NCBI RefSeq assembly: GCF_006345805.1
Contig: NC_042997.1
Span: 43,214,001 to 43,278,000, forward strand
DNA from: Octopus sinensis
Taxonomy: Eukaryota
Direction: 5' to 3'
Length of the DNA: 64,000 nt
A program made the translations under genes and the position numbers. Shown piece by piece: positions 42,941-56,109 of this stretch. Each line of letters opens with the position of its first letter. Position 1 is the first letter of the stretch. The notes under the pieces are model-generated. The model searched no databases, was not told where the DNA came from, and saw only the letters and a program-made list of their open reading frames with translations.

Positions 42941-45810
42941 TTATAACACCTCGTTGTAAACAATGTTCCTTGTTTTTCCTTGTGGAGCATATACAAAAAG
43001 GTTTCTTTTGGTTCCTACTCTTGAGCAGCCAACATACAGTTGCCCATGCGAGAAGCAGGGCTCTTCCAAGAGAAGACCAGCTACAGAGAGGGTTTGACCC
43101 TGAGATTTGTTAATGGACATGGCAAAGCTGACAGGAAGGGGGAATTGCAGTCTTCTGAATGTAAATGGAATTTCTGCTCCTGATGGAGTAAGAGGAAATC
43201 TTGGAATAAAGACGACATCACCTTTTCCACATCCAGAAAGAATGATCGCCTCGATAACGTGTGACATCATTTTCTTTATCACCAGTCATGTTCCATTGCA
43301 AAGTCTTGGTGGTTCCAGATTGCGGAGTAGCATTACAGGAGTTCCAACTTTAAGTGCTAATATGTTTAGAGATAGTCCAGGAGGCTCCAGTGAATTGAGA
43401 AATTCAGGAGGATAGTTCACAACTTCATTTATATCTGGAATTGTATCAACAGACTTGTAAGTGTGTATAGTACCGGGAAGAGAATGCATTAGCTGTTGAT
43501 AAATTTTGTTAACAGCGACGTTTTTTGGAGCTAATATTGCTCTTTCATACAGCTAATTGTGATTTTGGTAGTTTTGTGTGAAGTTGGGAAAGACTTTGAG
43601 GTCATCTACAGAATTAACAACAGAGGAAAATGACCACACTTCCATTTGTCCTGCAGCATCGAGAGGCATCTTGCCTTCACCAAGTGTCAAAATGTCCTGT
43701 GCAAACTTTGTGGACATTTTGTCGCCGTGTAGCTGAGCTCTCATGTTAGTGGTGAGACTGAGGATTGTAACATGATGCCACAGGGTAGAGGACTTTAGGC
43801 ATGCTTGAACTTCATCAGCTCTAGTGCCTTTCGGAATGACAGGAAGAGTTTGCCTGAAATCACCTGACAACAGAAGTGTTACACCTCCCATTGCAGCCTG
43901 ACAGTCTCTGATGTCTTTCAGGGCTCTATCTAATGCTTTCAAAGCTCCCTTGTGAGCCATAGTGCACTCATCCCAAACAATTAGATGACACATTTTAAGT
44001 ACTTGTCCCTGATCTGAGCTTTTGTTGATGTTGCATGAAGGCATTTCGGATGTTGCTAAATTGAGAGGGAGTTTAAAAGTTGAGTGTGCTGTCCTGCCAC
44101 CGGGTAACAAAGTCCAGGAGGCTGCAATGCCAGAGGAGGCTACAGCTACTGCAATGTCCTGATGCTGCCTAACTTCTGCAAGGAGAAGCTTTGTAATATA
44201 TGTTTTTCCCGTCCGTCCAGGAGCATCGAGGAAGAAGATTCGTCCCTCGCGTTGGCGTACACTGTTAAGAATAGTTCTGTAGGACTGCAGCTGGCCCGGA
44301 AGTAATTTAGGCTCATTTTCAACAATGTACTTTAAAAGCGCTTGAGTGTCGTAGGTTGTTTCACGAATGATAGCAGTGGGAAGGCTATTTGACCCTGACC
44401 TGAATGCTTGTGGCCGGCCATACGTCGACAATTCATTTCCACCCAGTTTAGCAATTCTGTCTTCAATGTCAATGAGTGTTTTGTTATAGATTTCATTGCT
44501 GATACCCTCCATGTCAGGATAGAGCAGTTGAGCTTGGCGCTGAAAGTCTTCAGCCAGATTGTCTCTATATTTGAGCCATAGAGTGGCCGGATCACACAGT
44601 TCGCATGCCTGTAGTAATACTGCAAATAGTGCCCTGAGACTTTTATGTGATGGTGATAAAGCAGCCTCTCCTAAAATTGCATCCCATTGTGCACCATCTT
44701 CTAACAGACCTTGTCGATAGCAGGCCTCTCTGTATGTTGTGCAGACATGTCCATGAACGGTTTTTAGGGCCTGGAAAGATGTTGGCCCTCTGACCCCCTG
44801 CAGTAGTAGACGAAGGTTGAAGCACTCTTGTTGAGTGGGATGCACTGTGTATACTCGCCCAAGGCAAGTGTGAAACTTAATGCCAGGGTATCCATGAACA
44901 TTTTGACCTGCTTTCCGTGGGCCCATTTTTTCCCATTCCAAGTGTAGTACGATGGAATCTGTGGATACAGCAAGGTTTGAGCGAATGGATCCACTTGACA
45001 AAGCTTGAAGAATGCAGTGAGTGTGCTATCACTTGGTTCCTCTGCCAACAGAGAAGCATTAGCATCGGTGAAGTACACTCTTTGACCATTTTCCAGGTGC
45101 ACTGCAAGCTGTTGAATGGCGGGGTGTCGTTGGTGAATTGGAAAGCCAAAGATGCGCCAGAAAGCCTCGTTGCAACTTATGTACCGTCCCACCTGATAAT
45201 GCGTCACCTCATCCTGGCAGTATTCTTGTTGAAGTCCAAACATTGCAGCGTCAGAACCCTTGTTTACATATTTGCAAACGTACTTGATGGATTTAACGGA
45301 GTTGCAAAACTCAACGTTGATGTGGTCATTGAAAATCTTTGACAGGAGTGGGCAGTATGGAACAATCCATCTATTATCAATATCGTGCTGTCCGATAGTT
45401 GCTGTGAAACCTCCGTCTTCTGGTTTTCTGCGTCTGTATGATGGATACCCATCAGCACCTGTCTGAGTTTCTTGTAGGAACCTCCTTGGAAATCTTTTTG
45501 AACATATGCTGTCCTTCAAGCATGGTGAGTTTATGTTGAATCCACGCCCACATGGACCATGTACCATGTTTGCTTTAACTATTTCGTATAGTTCTTTGTC
45601 TAAAGCTGGACCAGGAAGCTCTGCAGAGATTATCTTGTCGATGTCATTGGAATTGATCTTCGCCGAGAGCCAAAGCAGGATATGAGCATGTGGAAGGCCC
45701 CTTTTTTGCCACTCGATTGTGTATATGTCACATTGTATGGGCCCAGAGACTTGCCCTTTTTGTATGAGCTCCATGAAAGAGATTAACTTCAGATGGAAAA
45801 CTCGGGCGCT
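42941..45810 (-). pseudogene. Helitron Rep/Helicase (HUH Rep + PIF1-family SF1 helicase), disrupted
   Basis: YTIEWQKRGLPHAHILLW, KSIKYVCKYVNKG, FFLDAPGRTGKT, LIVWDEC, GDFRQTLPV, FAMSINKSQGQT, FSHGQLYVGCSRV; frameshifts and stops. Confidence 0.95.
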
Positions 45811-45844
45811 GAGATTCCGGTTCGAATGTAAGGCAGGTTTGCAA

Positions 45845-46050
45845 GTGTTTTCAACTGTTATTAGTTGTAGTGGTAGAGTGTTTATGCCGAATATGTACGT
45901 ATGCATGTATATATGTACAAAATCCACTGAGAAGGCTTTTGTTGGTTTGAGGCTACAGCAGAAGACACATACCAAGTCACCACACAGTAGGACTGAACCC
46001 AGGACCATGTGTTTGGAACGTAGTTTGTTACCACACAGCCACACCTGCCC
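45845..46050 (-). mobile_element. Degraded SINE family B abutting the Helitron Rep region
   Basis: GGGGCAGGTGTGGCTGTGTGGTAAC head. Confidence 0.7.
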
Positions 46051-46637
46051 CTATGTATGTATGTGTGTCAGTGCGTATGTGTTTATGGGTAGATATATTA
46101 TGCATGTATATATGTGTATATATGTGTGTACATATTACATGTACATCTATATATATACATCTACACATAAAATACAAAGTTATATCTTGATATCGCTAGT
46201 GATAACAATACTCAAAATATATAACAGACTGGAATTGTAGGCCCGTCTCTTGCAATTTCGATCAATTGGATCTTGTCCTCCCTCTTGTATAGAAGTGTAC
46301 GGCTGCAGCGAAATTCATTTTTGGACTTTTTTCTATCGAAGGCATTTTTACAAAAATGCTTCCGTAAAGACGGTGAAAATATTGTCAGTTTCTCCAAACA
46401 GGGACACAATTCAATTCTAAAACAATAACCAAAGTCCCTTCTCCGAAAGGGGGCGGGTTACGGTTTACAATTATTTAAAAAATGCAACACAACGTTTCCA
46501 TGACGAGGAATCAACAAATGTGATTACAATAGTCAAACAGTAATAATAATAACAACAAACCTTTTTAATTTATCCCCATGTATGTGAAACCACTTATTCA
46601 ACTTCAAGTCAATGACGCAATTTTATACGGATTGCTA

Positions 46638-46728
<91 letters not shown>

Positions 46729-46869
46729 ATAAGGGTGAAAAATTGAAAATTTATTTGATTAATATGAATTGAAAACCAGTGGTGTAGCATATAAGACCAT
46801 AGCGGATCTTCTTCTAGCAAAATGGATGACCACTTGTTAATGGTTCATCCCTGTTATATAATTCGTTCA

Positions 46870-47151
46870 CTTTAATAGTTTCAGTATTAAAGTGAAAGTA
46901 TCTGCATTACAAAAGAGAGATGTTTTTGTTTCACTTTTAACACGTAATACTGAAATAGTGGAGAAGATATGATATTGCTGTGGGGTCGCCCTAGGGAAAA
47001 AATTAAGATGTTTTTGCCGATGACACTCCTCGGACCTTAAGTAAGGCATGTGTAAAATTTGAATGAAATTGGTTGTGTAGTTCTCAACTTTTAGGGAAAC
47101 ACACAGACAGACAGACAGACACACACTCTCAGTTTTATATATATATAGCGA
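46870..47151 (-). mobile_element. Helitron-type 5' terminal region, possibly the 5' end of the Rep/Hel element
   Basis: A|TCGCTATATATATATAAAA...(CTGT)n start resembles the other Helitron 5' ends in the window. Confidence 0.5.
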
Positions 47152-47621
47152 TACATACCAACCCGTCGTGGTTTTCAATACATACAAAGTACTGGTATAT
47201 AAAAAATCTCTTTACAACTTCAATCACAGATCTTCTTCCATCTTGCATACTGGCAACCAATACCTTAACAACAATCGTTACAATTGGTGACCCTAGACTG
47301 TAACGAATACCAACCGTTACGAAAATATAAAATAAAAGAAAACATGTTGGGAGGGGGGGGACTCTGTCTTGAGCTTTGTCTGAATCCAGTTCCCTCTCAT
47401 CTGCATCCCGCAAATGATTCTCCTTGAAATACCTGATAAGGACTAACGACCAAACACACAAAGAATCTTTTATGCTTTACTAAATTCAAAGACAGAATTC
47501 TAAAATTGAATTTTAAAGCCATTTTGGCTAACCACTACATTTCTATTTCAAGTTGATTGGCTTCGTTCATCTTTTCTTCTCAAACATTTTCATCGTTTTC
47601 ATTTCCTGCGTTCCTGATAAA

Positions 47622-48152
47622 TCTCTATAAATAAAGCTGAAGTTGTCTGTGTGTGTGGCAGGTTTGGTAGCCTTCAACTAACACTATCTCCTCCGAGACC
47701 CTGCGGTGCAAGTTCACCAAAATTGAGAGTATGATAGAAGAAGGCTTGTTCTTCATTCCGTAGACCAGGTTAAGACCAAAGATTATTTACATCAAAAAGG
47801 TGCTTTTTTTATATGAAAATCCCTATTATTTACGATTTTTTTACTGCTGTGTCGCCATTTTTTGGTGTATTTCAACCAGAAAAATGTTCACTTAAAGAGA
47901 ATTATAAGCTACATAAGGCAAAAATTTTACTTTTCAAAAATTCCAATTCTAAAGTGTCGAAAAGAATTTTTTTTGTCATGTCATTGGTGTTCAGTGAACG
48001 ACGGATCAGCTGATCCAATGCACATTCAGAGCAAACTATACTTTTATTCAAAGATGGAAACTATGTCAAAACTTTGTAAACGCGACATCAAAGTCTGCCG
48101 TTTTAAGCGCAACTAAAAAACAAACCCGATCAACGCCGGGCAATACTGCTAG
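47622..48152 (+). mobile_element. Non-autonomous Helitron
   Basis: A|TCTCTATAAATAAAG start; CCCGATCAACGCCGGG hairpin; CTAG|T end. Confidence 0.88.
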
Positions 48153-48320
48153 TTATCAATATTTGCCATACTTAACAGTGAACAGCAATTTTCTCATTGA
48201 CCTACATTAAAAATCTATTTACACAATACAAATAGAGCAATTTTTTATTTCGTCGGTAAAGTAGAAAAACTCATTTTATTCCTTTTACGAGGTTTTAAAT
48301 AAGAATATATTTTACACATA

Positions 48321-48731
48321 CTCTTTTACTCTCTTTTACTTGTTTCAGTCATTTGACTGCGGCCATGCTGGAGCACCGCCTTTAATCGAGCAACTCGACC
48401 TCGGAACTTATTCTTTTGTAAGCCCAGTACTTATTCTATCGGTCTCTTTTGCCGAACTGCTAAGTGACGGGGACATAAACACACCAGCATCGGTTGTCAA
48501 CCAATGCTAGAGGGACAATCACAGACACACAAACACACAGACGCATACATATATACATATACATATATACGACGGGCTTCTTTCAGTTTCCGTCTACCAA
48601 ATCCACTCGCAAGGCTTTGGTGGCTCGAGGCTATAGCAGAAGACACTTGCCCAAGGTGCCACGCAGTGGGACTGAACCCGGAACCATGTGGTTGGTAGAC
48701 AGGCTACTTACCACACAGCCACTCCTGCGCC
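48321..48731 (-). mobile_element. SINE family B
   Basis: Full-length homology. Confidence 0.9.
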
Positions 48732-48821
48732 CATGGAACAATCTAAATATATGGAACAATCTAAAATATTTTGGGATTTCTTTATAATACTACTTGTGAA
48801 AAATGTTATAATTATCCTTAC

Positions 48822-49241
48822 CTTGACCGAGCTTAAACGACGAGGATCCGTTCCTCTGTATTTGTGTTTTGCTAACAAAGCAGCTACTTTGTAAATATTT
48901 ATTTCTGCATCACGCCTTCTTCTTTTTAAGTATATCTGTGGAGTTTGATAAAGTCTCCGTGGGACTTTCATAAACTTATTTTTTGGATTATGCATTGATC
49001 CATTTGCAATTCCATCCTTGGAACTAATCTGATTTTCTTTAATCTTCACAATATCTTGTTTCGGATGACTCCAGGTTAATTTATTGAAATCAGTTTTAGA
49101 TGGCATTTTACGATCTTCAAAACTGCAGTTTGAGTAACACTCCGGGATATTTTTGTACTTATTCGGTATTTCCTCAGACAATAACAGAATGGCCATTGTT
49201 TGTATTAATACAAACAGTTCTTTAATTTGTTTGGACATCAT
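48822..49241 (-). CDS. Host gene exon 1 (putative signal peptide, KRRRR furin-type site) of an uncharacterised secreted Cys-rich/EGF-like protein
   Basis: ATG at 49241; MMSKQIKELFVLIQTMAILLLS...YLKRRRRDAE...KYRGTDPRRLSSVK then donor AAG|GTAAGG at 48821; 420 nt, phase 0, matching the next exon. Confidence 0.65.
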
Positions 49242-50302
49242 TAAAGTGTTTTTAAAGCAGACGCAAGGTAAGTTTTATAACAACACAGTGACCATAATTG
49301 AGATGGAATGAAAAATGTTATTGTAACATATTTCCGAATAAACGAATTCTTTCAGTCATTTACAATGATGTTACTCGTTTTCCTACTGTAATATCCGGTA
49401 CATGCTTCATCGTCTTGCAGTTCTGCAGAGTATTGCAAAGCTGCGGCAGTTTGCGTATCTGAAGATATGAGACTTCCTCACCAAATAGTAAATCAGTTTC
49501 ATTTCGATTAGATAAGAAAATGAGAGCCTTCTAAAGGAAGAAAAAGAAGAAAAGTGGTTGAACACGGTCAGGACTACTAAAAATAAAGGTTAGTTTTATT
49601 TAAATGATTAGATGATGGCTCTAATGAAAAGAAAAATAGATAATACTAACCAACGGACGGAGATCTTTAAAGAACAGAAATGCAAACACTGGCGTTTAAG
49701 TCTATCTTCGTGGCGTTTCGTAGAGAAAAGATTCGTTTGGTAGGACGCTGGTCTATCACATGGAACTGTTAGCTGCCACAAAGAGTGAGCTGAACCAATG
49801 AAGGCAATGTAAAATTAAACATTCGGTCAAGAAATACGATGAAACGACTGCATTAGATTGAAACTTAACTTATGAGTAAGTAATTTAATCTTTTATCCAG
49901 CCGACCATATCCCTCCTATAAGAAAGCACAGATATATTTTATCAATAATCTTAATACACAATCTCGATATGAGCACAAAAAAGAAAGAGGTAAACACCGT
50001 GAACTCTTGCGATTCGCCAGCGATGTTCATTTTATTTATACAACTAAAGAGCTTGAAGAGTGCAGGGACCTCACACATTTTCATCCACTTTTATAAACAT
50101 ATGGTTTAGGGTTTAAAAATGTCTGTATTCATATAGTATAGGGTGTAGACTAAGGGGCCATCTGCTGGAGGACTGAGTTTGCAGCCCAGTTTAGATTTCC
50201 GAATGAAGCAATTATATTACACGAGCTTCACATATCTCATTTCCCCCATTTAAGCCATAGGAACTTGTGTCTAGACACAGGAAATTAAACACATGTAATC
50301 AT

Positions 50303-50713
50303 GCGCAGGAGTGGCTGTGTGGTAAGAAGCTTGCTAACCAACCACATGGTTCCGGGTTCAGTCCCACTGTGTGGCATCTTGGGCAAGTGTCTTCTACTAT
50401 AGCCCCGGGCCGACCAATGCCTTGTGAGTGGATTTGGTAGACGGAAACTGAAAGAAGCTTGTCGTATATATGTATATATATATATGTATGTGTGTGTGTT
50501 TGTGTGTCTGTGTTTGTTCCCCTAGCATTGCTTGACAACCGATGCTGGTGTGTTTACGTCCCCGTCACTTAGCGGTTCGGCAAAAAGAGACCGATAGAAT
50601 AAGTACTGGGCTTACAAAAAGAATAAGTCCCGGGGTCGAGTTGCTCGACTAAAGGCGGTGCTCCAGCATGGCCGCAGTCAAATGACTGAAACAAGTAAAA
50701 GAGAGTAAAAGAG
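50303..50713 (+). mobile_element. SINE family B
   Basis: Full-length homology. Confidence 0.9.
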
Positions 50714-51092
50714 TATGTCCTCAATAATAAAACAGTGTTGCATATGGCACAGATAGTAAGGTCGTCGGACTAAATTATTTGTCGAACATAGTTTTATGTC
50801 TTGGTTTCGAATTCACATCACGCTGGAGTTTACTTTGCTCGTCATCGTTTCAGGATAGATGAATCAGTGGCGTTTATACCAGTCATAGCAGACCTTCGGT
50901 ACTTTCTGAATGGTACAGCCTAACGAAAGAATACCTTGAATTTTTAATAGTGTGGTCCGCCTTATGATGAGTCATGTTTCATGTGGCCCTCTTCTCGAAA
51001 AACGGTTACCCAAGCCTGATTGACGTTTAGTCAATTCAAAACCACCACTGCAAAAATCATCCTTATGCTTATTTAAAAGAAATTATAAGGAA

Positions 51093-51496
51093 CTAGCAGT
51101 ATCGCCCGGCGTTGCTCGGGTTTGTAAGGGAAATAACTATATAAGCATTTTTAGAGAGTTATAGCCAAAAAAATAGCTAAAAAAATGCATTAAAAATGGA
51201 AAAAAAATTATGGTAAATTTTTTTTTAAATCGTTGACTCATCGTAGACATTTTTAGAGAGTTACTTCCCTTATATAATAGCGGAAAAAATGCATTAAAAT
51301 GGAAAAAAATGATGGTAAATTTTTTTTAAAATCGTAGACTCATCGTAGACGCGCGCTAATACCCAGAAGGGCTCGATATGAATCACGACTATAAGATACC
51401 CGGTTTTGGTTACACTGCACCGCAAAATGTGGGAGTAGTTAGGAATCTAAATCGTAGGAGACAGACAGCACACAACTTCACTTTTATATATAAAGA
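51093..51496 (-). mobile_element. Non-autonomous Helitron
   Basis: A|TC...CCCGAGCAACGCCGGG...CTAG|T on minus; internal ~100-bp tandem duplication; near-identical to 51889-52289. Confidence 0.9.
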
Positions 51497-51578
51497 TAAG
51501 ATAAATGTAAAAAGAACATACAAACGTATACAAGAAAGAGTCAACAACTAGAGGAATTCACTCTTCTTGTAAATTTAC

Positions 51579-52478
51579 GGAGCTCCTTTAGAAACGTACC
51601 TTCCGGTCAGGTATTATTAATGATAGGAGAAGCCCGAGAGTATCGTTTGAAAATTCTTGATTGTTTTTAATCAGATTTTTTTTACTGTGCACACTCGTTA
51701 GGGTTAGGGTTAGTGTTAGGGTTAGATGATGTGCACTCGCTTTACCTTCGCCCATTTTATGTGATATACGACAGAAATAATTTAAAAAACAATTGTAAAA
51801 AAACATATGTAAATATGTTTAAGACGTATGCAAGTTTTGTTATTCTTATTTTTGTTTTCAGTTTACAGAGAAAATAAATTATAGAACACTAGCAGTATCG
51901 CCCGGCGTTGCTCGGGTTTGTAAGGGAAATAACTATATAAGCATTTTTAGAGAGTTATAGCCAAAAATTAGCAAAAAATTGCATTAAAAATGGAAAAAAA
52001 ATGATGGTAAATTTTTTTTTAATTCGTTGACTCATCGTAGACATTTTTAGAGAGCTACTTCCCTTATATAATAGCGAAAAAATGCATTAAAATGGAAAAA
52101 AAATTATGGTAATTTTTTTTTTAATCGTAGACTCATCGTAAACGCGCGCTAATACCCAGAAGGGCTCAATATGAATCACGACTATAAGATACCCGGTTTT
52201 GGTTAAACTGCACCGCAAAATGTGGGAGTAGTTAGGAATCTAAATCGTAGGAGACAGACAGCACACAACCTCACTTTTATATATAAAGATATAACTCAGT
52301 GACCATTTGGCCCCTCGTATCATTAAACAATACCTAACTAATAAAAGTAAATTACCTCCCCTTATATCTTCTAATTTTTTGCATACATAATTTATTTTGT
52401 ATATGTTTTCCATTTTCATAACTTTTTTTTTCATTTGTATTTCATTTTCTTGGAGAGGTACGTTTCTAAAGGAGCACC
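51579..52478. mobile_element. MITE family 2 (GG...CC, 8-bp TSD, internal TTAGGG) with a nested Helitron
   Basis: TIR GGAGCTCCTTTAGAAACGTACCT / AGGTACGTTTCTAAAGGAGCACC (22/23); flanks AAATTTAC/AAATTTGC. Confidence 0.82.
51889..52289 (-). mobile_element. Non-autonomous Helitron nested in MITE family 2
   Basis: Same termini and hairpin as 51093-51496. Confidence 0.9.
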
Positions 52479-52842
52479 AAATTTGCAATATATTATTTTA
52501 GGTGATAAATCTGATAAATTTAACCAATTACTTGTTTTCTCAAAATGCTTTTGAAATGGATAGTTTGAAATTAACTTTGTTTGCTGGAATAGTTCTGTGA
52601 AACTATATAATCTATTAGATTGTTTTTGACATAGTATAATCTACAAGGTTATTTCTGTTCTACAAGACTGCATCGTGAATAAGCAATACACCAGTAGAAT
52701 GAGGCATTGTTTGCAACGTTGTTTTATTTACTATATCCTGGTCAAACAGGGACATTATTGATATATTATTTCAGGTCAAACGATACATTATTTCATATGA
52801 CAATATTATAATATTTCACATCACTTGCATGTACAATATACA

Positions 52843-53271
52843 TGTAACAGGATCTGGAATCGGTATCACTGAAGGGGTGTCCGATCCGATCCCGTCACAT
52901 TCAATTTAGTTAAATATAACAGACGAAGTCAGGTTATCTGGGAAAGACAGCAAATGTTTATTGCTCGTGATGATGTAGATCTGGTGCACGTATTTCTGAG
53001 GGGAAACGACAGCCGTATCTGTTGTACTGCTTCTTGTTGGTTGGTCGAAGTGATTCGATGTGGTCCGCTGCTAAGTCGGTGCGTAGTTCTCAGAGACTGC
53101 CAAATGCACGTCTGTTCACGAGGGCTGAAAGGGCCAGAGAGAATGAGTGAGTGGACTGTGTTTTAGGGGTCAGTTTCCCGCACATGCGCATGGAGAAGAC
53201 TTCCGGTGGCCACCCGGAAGTAGTCCCATTCTGCGCATGCGCGCTGAACCTTACACAGCAGCATCACTACA
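52843..53271 (-). mobile_element. Solo LTR (429 bp)
   Basis: TG...CA, TSD TACA 52839-52842/53272-53275, AATAAA on minus ~52957-52962. Confidence 0.72.
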
Positions 53272-53743
53272 TACACCTCGGAATAATTTTATAATATGGC
53301 ATAAATAAGCTATGTTTTCTATGAATGTTCCTATATCAACATTATTAGCATCAAACTCAAATTTTGTTACTTGCATATTTTGACGAGTCCGAGAATGTAG
53401 CACTACTCAAAGTAACTCATATTCTTAAAGAGAGCAGGGGACTTGTTTCGTTACAATTACTTTTTGACCTTCCAATGGAATTCTTTAGATGTAACCTTGC
53501 TTGCTGCAAACTATTCAGCAAATCGTGAATGTCACAACTGTTCTTCGATTCCTTTGATTGGCACTAAATTACTCCATCGAATACGAAATACTCTGAGTAG
53601 CCGCCCGGCGTTAAATCTCTACAACTTTGCTTCGTGGTAATATGTTAAAAACTGCGTCAACAGCTTTCAGATTTATTGGTCTAAATATTTCTCCTAATTG
53701 TTGAATGTAATTTATGTCGTTTGCTTTGCTTTGTTTTGTTTTG

Positions 53744-54157
53744 GGATCTTTTCGGTTTGACCGGCAGTTTTTTCTAGCGGTGTCATATAAAATTGTCACC
53801 CATAATTATGACCCTTGTATCGATCTATTGCATTTCAATCTGTTTTAGGGTTAGGGTTAGGATGGGGTGTTATCTTTTTTTTTTCAGAAATGTAAATAAA
53901 CCCAATCTGTTTCTTAAACGAGGGACATATTCATACGGCACAGAATGTGTTTTTTTACCTCAATAGACGTCATTGATTGGTTGAAATTCCAGAAATTGAA
54001 GAAAAACAACAAATATCTTACAAACTATAGAATTTTCTCAATAAAGCCAAGAGAAAAAGATGTTTTATAAACACATTCTACCAATATACGAAGTTTAAAA
54101 GTGTTTAGTTACGTGGAAATTATTTAAAAAAAACTGCCGTTCAAACCGAAAAGATCC
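53744..54157. mobile_element. MITE family 1
   Basis: Same TIRs as 14958-15407; TSD TTGTTTTG 53736-53743/54158-54165; TTAGGG repeats ~53845-53860. Confidence 0.88.
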
Positions 54158-54537
54158 TTGTTTTGTTTTAACTCTACAGTTGATGTCATAGATCATGTCA
54201 CCTAGGTAATGGTTCGAATTTGCAATGGACATGCTCAATATTCTACAGGATTACAATAAAGTTTACCTACATGTGTCTTATGTTTTGACACTGATACTAT
54301 CGGTCAATACTACAAACATGAAACTGAGTGAACTGATTCGTTCTTGTGAGGCTTTAAACAGCAGCAATATCATATGGAACAGATTGACGAGGCGGTTGTC
54401 TGGAAGCCACGTTAAGCTACTTTTCACATTTAAATGCTAAAAATCTTGGCTCACTGTTTCACTCGGTGGAAAAGTTCATGTTGACTGATATAAATGGTAA
54501 TAGCCTGCTATTATAGTTTAAGATGCTGATATAATTA

Positions 54538-54926
54538 TGGATGGAAGCACTCCGTCGATTACGACGACGAGGGTTCCGGTTGATCCGAATCAACGGAACA
54601 GCCTGCTCGTGAAATTAACGTGTAAGTGGCTGAGCACTCCACAGACACGTGTACCCTTAACGTAGCTCTCGGGGATATTCAGCGTGACACAGAGAGTGAC
54701 AAGGCCGGCCCTTTGAAATACAGGTACAACAGAAACAGGAAGTAAGAGTGAGAGAAAGTTGTGATGAAAGAGTACAGCAGGGATCACCACCATCCCCTGC
54801 CGGAGCCTCGTGGAGCTTTAGGTGTTTTCGCTCAATAAACACTCACAACGCCCGGTCTGGGAATCGAAACCTCGATCCTATGACCGCGAGTCCGCTGCCC
54901 TAACCACTGGGCCATTGCGCCTCCAC
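54538..54926 (-). mobile_element. SINE family A
   Basis: TSD TGATATAATTA 54527-54537/54927-54937. Confidence 0.92.
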
Positions 54927-54976
54927 TGATATAATTAAAGACATACGACAAAATCCCTGTAGCTGTTATGAACACT

Positions 54977-55338
54977 CAACTTGTAAACTGATATTGCCAC
55001 ACTTTATTCTCCACAACGTGGCAATAATGCATCTCTTCTCTGTTTGCGACCACACAAAATATGCAGGATAGTGGATTAGGCGAAACATGGATATACAACC
55101 ACAAGCAATATGGACGGCACGCCAGTCCGTCGCAGGTGAGCTGCAAGATGCAGGTGGAAAGAATGAGAGAAAGTTGTGGCGAAAGAGTCAGCAGAAGTTT
55201 TGCTATTACCTTCTGCCGGAGCCGCATGGATCTTAGGTGCTTCGCTCATAAACACACACATCGCCCGGTCTGAGATTCGAACCAGCTATCCCCCGACCGC
55301 GAGTCCGCTGCTCTAACCACTAGGCCATGTGCCTCCAC
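54977..55338 (-). mobile_element. SINE related to family A (similar tRNA head, different body)
   Basis: GTGGAGGCACATGGCCTAGTGGTTAGAGCAGCGGACTCGCGG head; shared CCACAACTTTCTCTCA motif. Confidence 0.75.
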
Positions 55339-55404
55339 TAGGTAGTATGGTTACAGAGTTCTTAATGTATTGTGGATGTCTGTAAGCTGATTAACTGCAT
55401 TAAT

Positions 55405-55613
55405 AATGTTTCCGAATTTTGGCGCAAGGTCAGTAAGTTCGGAGGAGGGGGCAAGTCGATTACATTGACCCCCGGTTCTCAGCTGGTGCTTATTTTATCG
55501 TTTCCGAAAGTCAAAGTCGACCTCGGCGGAATTTGAACTCAGAACGTAAAGACGGACGAAATGCCGCTGAGCATTTTGGCCAGCGTGCTAACGATTCTGC
55601 CAGCTTGCCGCCC
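55405..55613 (-). mobile_element. SINE family C
   Basis: Homology to 12579-12810. Confidence 0.8.
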
Positions 55614-55692
55614 TTTTTAAGCTCATTAACAATGATATTTTAATATTTTAATGAAATTCTTGTTGAGTATTGCTTGAGAGTGGCTTTATGGA

Positions 55693-55892
55693 TCTTTTAT
55701 TTGTTTCAGTCATTTGACTGCGGCCATGCTGGAGCACCGCCTTTAGTCGAACAAATCGACCCCGGTACTTATTCCTTGTAAGCCTAATACTTATTCTATC
55801 GGTCTCTTTTGCCGAACCACTAAGTTACGGGGACGTGAACGCATCAGCATCGGTTGTCAAGCGATTGTGGGGGGACAAACGCAGACACACAA

Positions 55893-55947
<55 letters not shown>

Positions 55948-56109
55948 ACGGGCTTCTTTCAGTTTCCGTCTACCAAATCCACTCAAAAGACTTTGGTCGA
56001 CCCGAGGCTATAGTTGAAGACACTTGCCCAAGGTGTCACGCAGTGGGATTGAACCCGGAACCATGTGGTTGGTAAGCAAGGTACTTACCACGCAGCCACT
56101 CCTGCGCCT
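55693..56109 (-). mobile_element. SINE family B
   Basis: Full-length homology. Confidence 0.9.

Noticed and set aside
43553-45001. Cellular PIF1 helicase gene
   Set aside because: Intronless, fused to an HUH Rep domain and frameshifted, so it is a Helitron.
50960-51010. Hammerhead-like ATGATGAG...CTCGAAA (a similar weak motif lies near 57480-57515 on minus)
   Set aside because: Core nucleotides are altered and stems I and III could not be drawn convincingly.
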